From: Minisyncoccia bacterium
Lineage (GTDB): Bacteria > Patescibacteriota > Minisyncoccia > Phycocordibacterales > CALRBL01
Reading direction: 5' to 3'
Length of the DNA stretch: 64,000 bases
Assembly: GCA_038230075.1 (NCBI GenBank)
Contig: JBBRNV010000005.1
Span: 14,071 to 78,070, forward strand
Under the pieces are notes generated by a model. The model worked only from the letters and a program-made list of their open reading frames with translations. It did no database searches and was not told where the DNA came from. Positions 28,433 through 38,318 of this stretch are shown here, one piece after another. Positions within the stretch are counted from its first letter, which is position 1. The number at the start of each line of letters is the position of its first letter. Both the position numbers and the translations under genes were made by a program.

Positions 28433-28891
28433 TTATATTACCAAATGAGAGATACAAGCCAACATAATACCAATTGGTATCCAAATAAAATATTCCTTCG
28501 GAGCTATTAACCACCAATTATCGCGATGCCACCAAATCTTTTCTTTTCTGAAGTTCTTCAAACCATATGCAGGATTAAGCAGAAACCATAAAAAGTCTTC
28601 GAATACCCAAAATAGAATAAACAATGCGAGCAACTGAAGTTCTATCGCAAGTGATAGAGATTGAAATAAATAGACGACATGAAGAATAAATAATATGAAT
28701 GCGTTGATCCAAACATGGTATCCAGTTGCTGGTCTTCGTCCAAAAAATAATCTACTTATCCAGTGTTCTTTTGACACTTTCCATGTTGGTAAATTCTCTG
28801 CCCACCCAGCTGACCCTTCAATAGTAATTTCTACTTTTGCGAAGAAGAAGCTAGCAATTAGAATAAAGAGGAGTGAAGACAGGATGTTCAT
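28433..28891 (-). CDS. Hypothetical integral membrane protein
   Basis: Four predicted TM helices; no domain assignment. Confidence 0.45.
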   Translation of the reverse strand: MNILSSLLFILIASFFFAKVEITIEGSAGWAENLPTWKVSKEHWISRLFFGRRPATGYHVWINAFILFILHVVYLFQSLSLAIELQLLALFILFWVFEDFLWFLLNPAYGLKNFRKEKIWWHRDNWWLIAPKEYFIWIPIGIMLACISHLVI

Positions 28892-28910
28892 AGTAGTGAA
28901 TAACTAAATC

Positions 28911-30058
28911 TTATTTTCCTTCCAAAATAATCTTTTTATAAAGCTCTATTAAACTTTTAGCAATAGTTGCACTTCCAAATTGTTTGGAAGTTTTAATAGC
29001 TTCTGCTGATAACTTTTCTCGGAATGATACATCTTTGAGAATCTGATCTATTCGCTCAACACCTTCTGTTTGCGAAGAAACAATAAAACCATTCTCGCCA
29101 TTACGGATTATTTCAGGCGCTACACCCACCGCATATGTAATAGGGATAAGCCCTTGAGACATGCCTTCAATAAGACTCAGAGAAAACCCCTCATAACGTG
29201 ATGAGATAAAAAGAATACTTCCTCGAAGGGGTCGCAATAACTCTGGCAGCTTATCCTTTTGAACATTAAGGTGTAGTGAGTGGTGAGAAATTTTTGAACG
29301 AAGCCATGCACCAAGCGGCTTATTAATGGTCATACAAAATGTAGATTTTGGCACATCTGGAAATTTTTGATACATGTGAATCAAGCGATCCAAACCTTTC
29401 AGTTTTAAGGTGAAAGCATCATTACCAAGTCTCCCAAAAAAACAATATGCGGAGCAGTTGTTAGAATCGACTGTTCTAAAGCATCGAACCAGTAGTCTTC
29501 GATGGCATTGTGAATCAAATAAATTTTATTCTGATCAATACCACATGAAATCAGCTCCTTACGAACATTCTCTGATGTAGCAATCACCGCTGTCGCACGA
29601 GAAGCAACATAACTCTCAACGTCGGCAATATCTCGAAGTGGTTTTCGTGTCTGAATATTTAGTTCTGATATAGCCCCGTCTTTTTTGAGCTTGTACCACA
29701 CCTTGCGACAGCCGTTTTCCAGCTTACTTGCGAATGGTGTTGAACTTAGGAAACCTTTGGTCGTTGAGCCGAAATGACAAACTACAGGTACTGGATATGC
29801 CAAAAATGGAAGAGCTGTGTATGTTGTCCCTTGGATAAGGCTATACTTGAGAATTTCTTTTCTGCGCTCAAGCAAGGAATAGAAGAATAATATATTCTTG
29901 ATGCCACCAAAGTGAACAGGTGTATCAATGAGTGATGTTTTAGGGTAGAAATTTTTAATCTCCACACTTGACTCCTTCAACTTTGAAGCCATGAGATCAT
30001 TGATGTAATGAGCTCCTGTTCCGATTTTCTTTTCATTGTGAATAAAGGCAACTTTCAT
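28911..30058 (-). pseudogene. GT4 glycosyltransferase split into two ORFs by a frameshift at an A7/T7 homopolymer (pseudogene or phase-variable)
   Basis: 29405..30058 encodes the GT4 N-terminal domain and 28911..29393 the C-terminal Glycos_transf_1 domain (EGFSLSLIEGMSQGLIPI). The reading frames join across the tract cccaaaaaaac at about 29435-29441 (HIVF-[F]GRLGNDAF...). Confidence 0.6.
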
Positions 30059-30097
30059 GATGGTTCATATCTTATAATCCAAAACAATCCCACAATG

Positions 30098-30170
30098 GGT
30101 GCCTATCGGGATTTGAACCCGAACTGAGAGTTCCACAAACTCTAGTGCTAACCATTACACTATAAGCACC
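30098..30170 (-). tRNA. tRNA-His (anticodon GUG) with encoded G-1
   Basis: Hand-folded cloverleaf: 7-bp acceptor with extra 5' G; anticodon loop TTGTGGA; T-loop TTCAAAT; no encoded CCA. Confidence 0.75.
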
Positions 30171-30214
30171 ATATACGAAAACGCGACCATCTTTAACCCT
30201 AACTGCGTATCGTG

Positions 30215-30298
30215 TGCACAGGAGAGGACTCGAACCTCCATACCCTTGCGGGCGCTACCACCTCAAGGTAGTACGTCTACCAGTTTCGCCACCTGTGC
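30215..30298 (-). tRNA. tRNA-Leu (anticodon GAG), long variable arm
   Basis: Hand-folded: acceptor GCACAGG/CCTGTGC; anticodon loop TTGAGGT; variable stem-loop; T-loop TTCGAGT. Confidence 0.75.
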
Positions 30299-30384
30299 AT
30301 TACTTGAATCTATCCTAGATCAAGCAACATAACAATACATCATAAAGTGGCTTATTTCCAAGGATTTTTGACTATTCCGTCTAT

Positions 30385-30413
30385 TGACATTCTCATTAAT
30401 ATGTGATAATATA
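30385..30413 (+). promoter_or_regulatory. Sigma-70-like promoter (ttgaca - 17 nt - taatat, with upstream tgtgataat extended -10-like element)
   Basis: ttgacattctcattaatatgtgataatat lies directly upstream of the secreted-protein gene; A/T-rich UP region. Confidence 0.45.
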
Positions 30414-30438
30414 TAGGAGTAATCAACTAATCAATTAT

Positions 30439-32316
30439 ATGAATATTCTATCCATCAAAAACAAGGTAATTTCAAAGATTTTCACAGGTCTCATGACTGC
30501 GCTTGTTACTTTTGGAGCAGCTGGAATCGCAGAAGCTACGAGCTATATTCCACTCAGTGATACATATAACATTAGTCTTTCTCCTTCTGTGGCAACCCTT
30601 AGTTCATCTGAATACGTTACGATTAACTTCAACCAGGTTCTCACAGATGCAATTTCAAATCTCTCCGTTGCAGTCTACGACCAACAGCATAATCTTATCA
30701 GCGACAACCGACTTGATTCATACAAGTTTGTTCAAACACATTATCCTTTAGCACAGACCGATGTCATGTGTTACTACCCTACCGACGATGGAATTGGACA
30801 ATACCACATTCCAAACTGTGGTGGATATCTTTATGCTACTCAATTTCAAGCAAAGGTAACAGACCTTGTTTCTAATGCGGGCACATACTCAATCAATATT
30901 CATCAAACATATACAAACGGATATGCAAATTCACTTCGAAATATTCTAAGCAACACTGTTACTCTTACTGTTACCTCAACATCAACAGATCTCGATACTA
31001 TTACAATCACATCAACAGACTCTCTAAGTCATCCTGCAAATACAGCAACAACTATTGCCTTTAGTGCAGGTCTCAGTTATGGATACGCACAAACAACATT
31101 TAACACATCACGAAGTCAAACAGTTCCAGGAATGACATTTACTCAAGGATACGCTCCTTGCGAATTAGGAATGGCATGTACTCAGAATTATGTTGCAAAC
31201 GCATTATTTCTTTCAGGAACACCAACAACACCAGGAACATACCAAATTGTAATTGATGCAACACAGTCTCTCTATCCTCAGTGCGCAGCTCCAATTGATG
31301 GAATTGCAATAGGATGTGATCAAGTTATTGAACATGGAACAAAAACTTTCACTCTTACTATTACTCAAAATCAGGTGATACAAACTGAAAACATTTCTTT
31401 CTCATATCCAGTTAACGCTCAGGTATTAAATTACAACAACGGTCACTGGTACATGTTTAAGGTTCAGTCATCAACTCAGAATTCACATGTTGCATCATAC
31501 CGATACACCCTTACTCAAAATGGAAATACTATTATTAATAGTCGGCTCGTTGGTTCAACAGGAGAATTCGCAGTAGGCCCAACAGATGCTGAATACAATT
31601 CTATTCAACGAGGAAACCTGACAGTAACCGCAACAGGATACTCAAATGCTGCAGGAACTGTTCAGATCACTAACCCAGTATCTATCACTATTTCGATTGC
31701 AGATCTTGGCAATCCAAATCCTTCAAACCCTGGAAACTCAAATGGAACAATCACAGGAACATTTGGATTCACTTTCCCAACATATCCATTCAATCAAAGT
31801 CTGGAACGAGGAAATACGTATCCAGTTTCTTGGAACCAGACAATTAACGGCGCAACGGTTGGAGACCTCTATCTTACAAGTCGACGTGGTGATGTCATTG
31901 CTTCGCAGTTAATTGCACACAATGTTTCTATTGCAAACAACTCATATTCAGTAACAATTCCTTCTAACACCCAGCTGTATGATGGTTCTGTGTGGAACTT
32001 CCAATTCATTGTTGCTGTAGGAACTGCAAACGCTCAAACATTTCGAAGTAACAACTTTGCAATCGTTGATCGTCAGCCAACTTCAGAAGAAATTACAAAT
32101 CGAAACTTGAAACTTCAGGCAGAATATAATGCACAGTTCCCTACTACTTCATATTTATCACAGTATCAATATTCACAAGCTAATCAGACACAAACAACTA
32201 ACTACGCAGCAAAAGTTGCAGCTCCACAGCAAACATTCCAAATCGCGTGGCCAACTACAAGCTATAGTTACCAGAACCAATATCAGTACCAGCCTTCATA
32301 TAACTATTCGTACTAA
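30439..32316 (+). CDS. Large secreted Ser/Thr/Asn-rich protein, paralog of 51917..54901, with Tyr/Gln-rich C-terminal tail
   Basis: Signal peptide after MNILSIKNKV (the track's start at 30403 lies inside the promoter). C-terminal module PSNPGNSNGTITGTFGFTFPTYPFNQSLERGNTYPVSWNQTINGATVGDLYL is shared with the 994-aa protein. Confidence 0.7.
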   Translation: MNILSIKNKVISKIFTGLMTALVTFGAAGIAEATSYIPLSDTYNISLSPSVATLSSSEYVTINFNQVLTDAISNLSVAVYDQQHNLISDNRLDSYKFVQTHYPLAQTDVMCYYPTDDGIGQYHIPNCGGYLYATQFQAKVTDLVSNAGTYSINIHQTYTNGYANSLRNILSNTVTLTVTSTSTDLDTITITSTDSLSHPANTATTIAFSAGLSYGYAQTTFNTSRSQTVPGMTFTQGYAPCELGMACTQNYVANALFLSGTPTTPGTYQIVIDATQSLYPQCAAPIDGIAIGCDQVIEHGTKTFTLTITQNQVIQTENISFSYPVNAQVLNYNNGHWYMFKVQSSTQNSHVASYRYTLTQNGNTIINSRLVGSTGEFAVGPTDAEYNSIQRGNLTVTATGYSNAAGTVQITNPVSITISIADLGNPNPSNPGNSNGTITGTFGFTFPTYPFNQSLERGNTYPVSWNQTINGATVGDLYLTSRRGDVIASQLIAHNVSIANNSYSVTIPSNTQLYDGSVWNFQFIVAVGTANAQTFRSNNFAIVDRQPTSEEITNRNLKLQAEYNAQFPTTSYLSQYQYSQANQTQTTNYAAKVAAPQQTFQIAWPTTSYSYQNQYQYQPSYNYSY

Positions 32317-32335
32317 ACACATTGAATAGATAAAC

Positions 32336-32368
32336 AAAAACCTCGCACATGATGCGAGGTTTTTGTTT
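32336..32368. terminator. Bidirectional intrinsic terminator between convergent genes
   Basis: cctcgca-catga-tgcgagg hairpin flanked by A-run and T-run. Confidence 0.6.
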
Positions 32369-32377
32369 TAATTTTTG

Positions 32378-32839
32378 TTAGACAGTTGCTGCTTCTACTG
32401 GATCATCTTGTTTCTTGCTGACTGCTTTTGCTTGAGAAGTTTTTCGGGTGTCGAGAATTTCCATTTTCATTCGCTTACTAATTTCTTTTGCTGCTTTGTC
32501 TCGGATGAAATATAGTTTTGATCGTCTTACTTTTGATCGTCGTGTCATTTCAATCTTTTCGATCGCTGGAGAATAGAGGGGAAAGATTCGTTCTACTCCC
32601 ACACCTTCTGAGACTTTTCGCACAGTAAACGTTCCTCCAGATTCTGTTCCATGCTTTCGAGCAAGAACCAATCCTTCGAATACCTGTAATCGAATCTTTC
32701 CTTTTTCTTGAATTCGCTGATGAACACGAACAGTATCACCAGTTTGCATATCTAGGTTTTTTCGTTCATCTCGGTCAATTGGAGGAAGTTTCATCGCTCC
32801 AGCTGCTTTTCCATCGTCTTTTTTTGCTACTTTTGCCAT
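32378..32839 (-). CDS. rplS: 50S ribosomal protein L19 (with terminal extensions)
   Basis: [32 protein letters not shown]...[16 protein letters not shown] core is L19. Confidence 0.9.
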   Translation of the reverse strand: MAKVAKKDDGKAAGAMKLPPIDRDERKNLDMQTGDTVRVHQRIQEKGKIRLQVFEGLVLARKHGTESGGTFTVRKVSEGVGVERIFPLYSPAIEKIEMTRRSKVRRSKLYFIRDKAAKEISKRMKMEILDTRKTSQAKAVSKKQDDPVEAATV

Positions 32840-32881
32840 ATAATATTAGATTTTATATACGTTATTTGTCATGGCAATCTA

Positions 32882-33709
32882 TCATGAGAACTTGATTTCA
32901 GCAAGAGCATGGCTAAAATCATCAGGATATGGGGCTACAGCCTTCACTTTCTTGCCCTTAGGGTCAGAAAACTCAAGTTTATAGGCGTGAAGTGCCACTC
33001 GCTTAAAGCCAAACAAAGGCTTTCTTTTTGGAGCATAGAGGTGGTCGGCAACCAGAGGATGATTGATAGCTTTCATATGAACTCGAATCTGATGAGTTCG
33101 CCCTGTTTGAGGCATCACTTCAACAAAACTATATGGTTCATAGACTTTGTTTTCTTTACTATCAGCTTCTTTTTTTAAACTCTTTTTGGCAGAAGCAACT
33201 TCTTTTCCTCCGATATCAGTTGGAAAATCTGTTTCAATGGCTGCCCCTCGTGCCAATACTTTAAAATCGGTCACCGCTTCTCGAGCTTCTCCTCTTCCTC
33301 CACGTTGTGCAGACCACAATCTAAAATCATTTTTAGCACGAGAAATTGGTCGATCAATGGTTCCTTCATCTTCTTTTATTTGTCCATATGTAAATGCGTG
33401 ATATGTCTTATGCATATCTCTTGTTTGAAACTTTTCTTTCAAGAATTCAAACATTGTTTGTGTCTTTGCCACAATCATCACGCCTGAGGTGTCTCGATCA
33501 AGTCGATGAACAATTCCTGGGCGATTAATAGTGACACCAGTTGAAAGTTTAAGTGGTTCACCGACTTCTTTAACACCAGGGAAATGTTCACACACCCAAT
33601 CAACAACAGTTGGCTCTTTGGTTTTTCCATCGGCATGCACAATAAGCCCTGCTGGCTTATTAATGATGATGTATTCTTTTGTTTCGAGAAGGATGGTTGG
33701 GGTTTTCAT
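32882..33709 (-). CDS. RluA-family pseudouridine synthase (contains a ~45-aa insertion)
   Basis: INKPAGLIVHADG and VHRLDRDTSGVMIVAKT catalytic Asp motifs; HQIRVHM C-terminal motif. Start moved to the internal MKTPTILLE. Confidence 0.8.
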   Translation of the reverse strand: MKTPTILLETKEYIIINKPAGLIVHADGKTKEPTVVDWVCEHFPGVKEVGEPLKLSTGVTINRPGIVHRLDRDTSGVMIVAKTQTMFEFLKEKFQTRDMHKTYHAFTYGQIKEDEGTIDRPISRAKNDFRLWSAQRGGRGEAREAVTDFKVLARGAAIETDFPTDIGGKEVASAKKSLKKEADSKENKVYEPYSFVEVMPQTGRTHQIRVHMKAINHPLVADHLYAPKRKPLFGFKRVALHAYKLEFSDPKGKKVKAVAPYPDDFSHALAEIKFS

Positions 33710-33780
33710 TTGTATGCTTAGAGTAAAGGAAAACGGCGCAGATGTCACTTCTGCGCCGGATCCGATGAATCGATTGATAA

Positions 33781-34371
33781 TCAATCCATGATGGTTGCGA
33801 TACCAAATTCTTCGCACTGAGGGGCCGTAAGCTTAAGCACCCCTGAGATAGAGAACTGATGAAGCAGTTGTTTGCCGATTGAAAGATCTTTAACTGCGGC
33901 TCTCGTTTTGGTAATCATTTCGACAACTGCTCGATTGACTGAGTTCGGAAGATTCACAGCTCCCGCTGCAGAAACGTCGATATCAGCCAAAGAGATATTG
34001 AGATTACCAAGATGGAAGGCCAACTCTCCTGTCCGAACTATTTCACGAGACGAACAAGATAGGGCAATCATTGCGGCGATGGAAGAAGCGTTGTAGATGA
34101 CCGCATGAGTCTTAAAGGAGGCTCGTTTGATGAACTCACAGAGCTTGAGGCCCTTTTGTGAGTCTCCTCCTTCACTCATAATGACGATGGTGATACCTTC
34201 TTCGTCGGAAAAACCCTCCTTACTCGCGATGATTTTCAACTGCTCACCAAATGCATCCAATCTCTTTCGAGATAGATGCCCTGACAAAAGGACAACTTTC
34301 ATTAACATTCCTCCTAAAAGGTTTGAGGTTTGACCGACACTTGCTATAATACCTTTATTACTATTAAACAA
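33781..34371 (-). CDS. ClpP/crotonase-fold serine peptidase-like protein
   Basis: IVIMSEGGDSQKGLKLCEFIKRASFKTHAVIYNASSIAAMIAL parallels ClpP [44 protein letters not shown]. Confidence 0.5.
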   Translation of the reverse strand: MFNSNKGIIASVGQTSNLLGGMLMKVVLLSGHLSRKRLDAFGEQLKIIASKEGFSDEEGITIVIMSEGGDSQKGLKLCEFIKRASFKTHAVIYNASSIAAMIALSCSSREIVRTGELAFHLGNLNISLADIDVSAAGAVNLPNSVNRAVVEMITKTRAAVKDLSIGKQLLHQFSISGVLKLTAPQCEEFGIATIMD

Positions 34372-34734
34372 TTTTATATATATGTCAATATAAGAACAGA
34401 ATAATGTTGCCCTATCTGCCGATCAGCAAGCAGCGATTGATTTAGTAATGAAAGACTTCACGATTAACCAACCAGGAAGAGAATAGGTTGTTCAAAATAT
34501 TATAAACAGCATTAAATCAGGCAAAGACAAGTTGGGAGAGCCTATTGAAGATTACGGAGAATACGTAAATGCCGCTCTTGCAGCAGCTGCAGAAGTTCCA
34601 GACGCATCAACTGTCGAAGGACATATCACAAAAATTCTTAACCCGGAACTTAACGACTAAGAATCTGTTCGAAGTCGGAAAAGTGGCCGCTTGATAAAAA
34701 AAAGGTTATGAGATACGCTATCTCTGCGTATCGA

Positions 34735-34810
34735 GGGAGATTAGCTCAGTTGGTAGAGCAACTCATTTACACTGAGAAGGTCACAGGTTCGAGTCCTGTA
34801 TCTCCCACCA
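34735..34810 (+). tRNA. tRNA-Val (anticodon UAC), CCA encoded
   Basis: GGGAGATTAGCTCAGTTGGTAGAGC...loop TTTACAC...TTCGAGT...ACCA; hand-folded. Confidence 0.75.
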
Positions 34811-34826
34811 TTGTTAGAATAACTTG

Positions 34827-34898
34827 TGCTCCCGGTTGGAATCGAACCAACATTGACGGCTTAGAAGTCCGCAGTTCTATCCATTGAACTACGGGAGC
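34827..34898 (-). tRNA. tRNA-Arg (anticodon UCU) candidate
   Basis: GCTCCCGTAGTTCAATGGATAGAAC...loop CTTCTAA...GTTGGTTCGATTCCAAC...CGGGAGCA. One mismatch in the anticodon stem in my fold. Confidence 0.6.
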
Positions 34899-34947
34899 GT
34901 TGTTTGTGTAGATGGAATATATCAAAGACTAGAGAATACTCCAATCT

Positions 34948-35259
34948 TTAAAGTGCCGGATCGGGAATGTCTGACGCATCTGGCTTTTGATCATTCAAGT
35001 GTGCCAGATGGTCTTCGTAATAAGAAATCACCGCATCGGTTTGTAATTTTGATTGTGTAGCAGCATCAGAAGTGAGAAGAGTTGGTCTTTCGACAGAGTC
35101 TTCAATCGGTGTGTAATAAAGGTACAAAGCAAAAACTGTATGGAGAAGCACAGCCAATGTTGAAAAAATAATGAGAATCGTCCAGTCACGATCTGCATGT
35201 CTCGAAGGAGGTGTGTACGTTTTTTGTTTTTTAAAGATACTTGATAGTGAGAATTTCAT
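34948..35259 (-). CDS. Hypothetical small membrane protein
   Basis: Single TM (WTILIIFSTLAVLLHTVFALYLYY); no domain. Confidence 0.35.
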   Translation of the reverse strand: MKFSLSSIFKKQKTYTPPSRHADRDWTILIIFSTLAVLLHTVFALYLYYTPIEDSVERPTLLTSDAATQSKLQTDAVISYYEDHLAHLNDQKPDASDIPDPAL

Positions 35260-35260
35260 A

Positions 35261-35857
35261 TTATTGTGTTGGATTTACGTCTTTTTGCTTTAAGACAGAG
35301 AAAGATATTGCTGCTCCCCACTGACTTTCTTTCGACACCTTATCATCTGAATTACTTCCATTTGCCTGAAGATTAACGTGACTGATATTTATTTTATACG
35401 GCAACGATTCAAGGGTGGTTAACACATTAACAACGTCGTGCCACAAACCATTACTTTGAACATCAAGACTGAGCGATTCAAGATCTGCAATTGAAGTAGA
35501 GTCGGTGACATTGATCCCAATGATGGTGGTGGTTGCTCCACTACTTTGTGTTTCAGACTCTACCAACTCAACAAACTTTACTGTTTGATCAGGTTGCACA
35601 GTGTACGCTAATAATTTTTGTTTTCTGTCAGAAGCGTCATTGGTGAGCTCTTTCAAATGCTTCATGCTTTGTGTTTCTTGTGTTCTGTCGGCCAACTCTT
35701 TTGAGAGATCGTGAACTCGTTTCGATGTTGTATTAATGGTGTACATACCATATGCATACACACCTCCAAAAATAAATGTTAGAAGAATCATGAGAACAAG
35801 TGATGTGTGTCTGAATTTATTCATGATGTTTAAGAATAATATGAATATTAAATCCAA
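35261..35857 (-). CDS. pilO: Type IV pilus assembly protein PilO-like
   Basis: N-terminal TM followed by a coiled coil; position after pilM-pilN. Confidence 0.5.
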   Translation of the reverse strand: MDLIFILFLNIMNKFRHTSLVLMILLTFIFGGVYAYGMYTINTTSKRVHDLSKELADRTQETQSMKHLKELTNDASDRKQKLLAYTVQPDQTVKFVELVESETQSSGATTTIIGINVTDSTSIADLESLSLDVQSNGLWHDVVNVLTTLESLPYKINISHVNLQANGSNSDDKVSKESQWGAAISFSVLKQKDVNPTQ

Positions 35858-36356
35858 TGTTTGAACTTTTTGTTAAATCAGAAATGGGAGAATCAACACT
35901 TTGCACATCACTTACCCGAGCGAGTTGCTGTTTAAACGAAACAAGCGCTTCTCTTGTTTTAGCCGAACCACTTATTTCAACAGTTCCCTGTTCTCCGAGC
36001 GACACTCCAATATGGTCGAGAGTTATTCCAGCAACACGGGCCCGAACTACATTCTCAATCACTCGTGAATATGTCGAAGAAGAAGCTGTTGGTGTAAGTG
36101 CTGTGGTTAAATCTTTCACATCTCGAAGTGTTCCTGAAAGTGGAGTTGAGGCACTGTCTCCCAACTGAATCTTAAGAGCATCACTCCGTGTCTGAAGTTC
36201 ATTAATTTTTGTTGTAGAAATAATATATGAAGGAATGATTGAAACCACCGCGATGAATAATCCCGAAGCCAAAAAACCAAACAAAATAGTTGCCACGCGT
36301 AAACGATATTCTCGTTCTAACTTCTTTCTGTGTTGGCGTGGAATAAGATTAAACAT
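35817..36356 (-). CDS. pilN: Type IV pilus assembly protein PilN
   Basis: MFNLIPRQHRKKLEREYRLR matches the PilN N-terminal INLLP...R...R motif; single TM. Confidence 0.6.
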   Translation of the reverse strand: MFNLIPRQHRKKLEREYRLRVATILFGFLASGLFIAVVSIIPSYIISTTKINELQTRSDALKIQLGDSASTPLSGTLRDVKDLTTALTPTASSSTYSRVIENVVRARVAGITLDHIGVSLGEQGTVEISGSAKTREALVSFKQQLARVSDVQSVDSPISDLTKSSNIGFNIHIILKHHE

Positions 36357-37431
36357 GAGGATTGTGTAATCGAGGAAGTGCTAATCCGATTGCTGGACCA
36401 TATCGAAGAGAATCTTCAAACGAAATTGGTGGAATGTAGTCGTCGAACGAACACACGTTTGTCCAAATATTTCCAATCTCTGCAGGCACTTTGATTGATT
36501 GAGAAATGTGATCGACGAATCCTGGAACACTTGCGTCGTCTCCGCAGAGAATAATTTTTTGAATACGTGGCTTTTCTACAGTCACCCCCTTGTGAGTGTG
36601 CCAGTACACATACACTCGCTCAATTTCTTCTTTAAGAACTGATGCGGGGCCCGCCATCGCAGAAAGCATTTCAGAATTCTCTTTTGTTTTAACGAATCCT
36701 TTTTCTTTTTTCATTTTCTCAGCCTCAACAGGAGTAATATTAAATTGCTTTGCGATTCCTTCGGTGAAATTTCGTGATCCTATTTGAATCGTTGAAGTGA
36801 ATTGCACACTATCTTGCGACACCACAAAGAGACCAGTTTTGCTTTCTCTAATATTAACCAAGAAATATGCATTCATGTCGTTTCCTTTAATCACCGCCTT
36901 CGAAAGTGCTTGAGGCTCAATCAAGAATGAAAGAGGAGTAAGGCCTGCCTTAGCGAATAAGTCGATATAGTTTTGCACAACCTCTTCAGGAAGCACCGTT
37001 ACAGCAACAACCACTTCCCCGTTTCCAACGTCTCCGATAAGTCGAAAATCAAAAATAGATTCCGCTGGTGAAATTGGCACATTTTCTTCAAGACTGAATT
37101 CGATCGAACTTCGCATCTCAGCTTCTGAACCAATCGGTACTTTAGTTTCAAATAAATATGCTCGCTCTTCAGGAAGAGATGCTTCAATAAACTGAAGGTT
37201 GTACTTCTTTTTCCACTCAGTCAAAATATCAACAAGATTAGTGTGCTTTGAAATATCTTCAGAGAAGTTAACGGGATATTTCAAGTCGGCTGATGCATAT
37301 TGAGAGACCTCAAGTGAATGCTCTTTTGCTTCGAGAGAAATGAGGTTAACTGAGAATTGAGTAATATCAATTCCCGCTGTTGGCATCTTTAGATACTTAG
37401 GAGTTGGAAAAAACTTAAAAAACAAACTCAT
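36349..37431 (-). CDS. pilM: Type IV pilus assembly protein PilM (actin-like ATPase fold)
   Basis: AGIDITQFSVNLISLE N-terminal motif, 360 aa, followed by pilN/pilO. Confidence 0.75.
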   Translation of the reverse strand: MSLFFKFFPTPKYLKMPTAGIDITQFSVNLISLEAKEHSLEVSQYASADLKYPVNFSEDISKHTNLVDILTEWKKKYNLQFIEASLPEERAYLFETKVPIGSEAEMRSSIEFSLEENVPISPAESIFDFRLIGDVGNGEVVVAVTVLPEEVVQNYIDLFAKAGLTPLSFLIEPQALSKAVIKGNDMNAYFLVNIRESKTGLFVVSQDSVQFTSTIQIGSRNFTEGIAKQFNITPVEAEKMKKEKGFVKTKENSEMLSAMAGPASVLKEEIERVYVYWHTHKGVTVEKPRIQKIILCGDDASVPGFVDHISQSIKVPAEIGNIWTNVCSFDDYIPPISFEDSLRYGPAIGLALPRLHNPHV

Positions 37432-37485
37432 GATGAAATTATATCATGCTCGGCAAAAAAATTAATGACTAACGTAAAGAATTTA

Positions 37486-37821
37486 TTATGAAATTCGAGA
37501 ACCCGGTGTTACTTCAGATGAAGCAGTGAGAAGTGCAAATCTTCCCTCAGTATCAGAAACAGCAAGAATCATACCGTTACTTTCAAGTCCAAAAATTGTT
37601 CGAGGTGCTAAGTTGGTTGCGAAAGGAAATTCTTTTCCAATCAACCATTCAAGGTTTTCAACTTTCTGAGCAATTCCTGAGATAATCTGACGCGGTGAAG
37701 CCTCGCTAAAATCAACCATTAATTTCAAAAGCTTTTCACTTCCTTCTACCTTTTCAACTGAAATAACCTTTCCTATTTTAATTTCTACTTTTTTAAAGTC
37801 GTCGATGGTGATGTGTTCCAT
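37486..37821 (-). CDS. tRNA-binding protein (CsaA/Trbp111-like OB-fold)
   Basis: IKIGKVISVEKVEGSEKLLKLMVDF...RQIISGIAQ...GMILAVSD matches the MetRS-C/CsaA tRNA-binding domain. Internal Met start. Confidence 0.7.
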   Translation of the reverse strand: MEHITIDDFKKVEIKIGKVISVEKVEGSEKLLKLMVDFSEASPRQIISGIAQKVENLEWLIGKEFPFATNLAPRTIFGLESNGMILAVSDTEGRFALLTASSEVTPGSRIS

Positions 37822-37825
37822 ATAT

Positions 37826-38257
37826 TTATATTCCTTTTTTATGCATTTCTTTATCAAGAAAACTCTGAAGAATAATAGCTGCGGCTGATGCATCTAGCAT
37901 ATCATGAGCTCCTTGAATATGTGTTGCTTGGTGAGACGTGAGAAACTCTGGCTCAAAAAAAATAGGAAGCTTTGAAGCTTTTTTAATATCATCAGCAAAA
38001 ATAATAACGTCTTTCATGATTGGATTCATATTTCCACTAAACGTTCGAGACTCTCCAATTACAATTCCTATTGGCTTTGACTCTTTTATCAATCTCATCA
38101 CTTCTTTAATGAGCCCTGGAGAATTTTTAATAACAGCCTGAGGAAAGGCTAATCGGGCATGATCGTCTGAGATGGCAACACCTACTCGTTTTGAGCCGTA
38201 ATCGACTCCTATATATTTCTCGATTTGGGGATTTTTGGGCGATGCCTTCTTTTTCAT
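37826..38257 (-). CDS. ruvX: Holliday-junction-resolvase-like pre-16S rRNA nuclease YqgF/RuvX
   Basis: YIGVDYGSKRVGVAISD N-terminal RNase H-fold motif. Confidence 0.85.
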   Translation of the reverse strand: MKKKASPKNPQIEKYIGVDYGSKRVGVAISDDHARLAFPQAVIKNSPGLIKEVMRLIKESKPIGIVIGESRTFSGNMNPIMKDVIIFADDIKKASKLPIFFEPEFLTSHQATHIQGAHDMLDASAAAIILQSFLDKEMHKKGI

Positions 38258-38318
38258 AATTTCATACTACTCTATACCCCCTATTTTCCCAACTCTCACA
38301 GGATGCTAGTATAAATGC

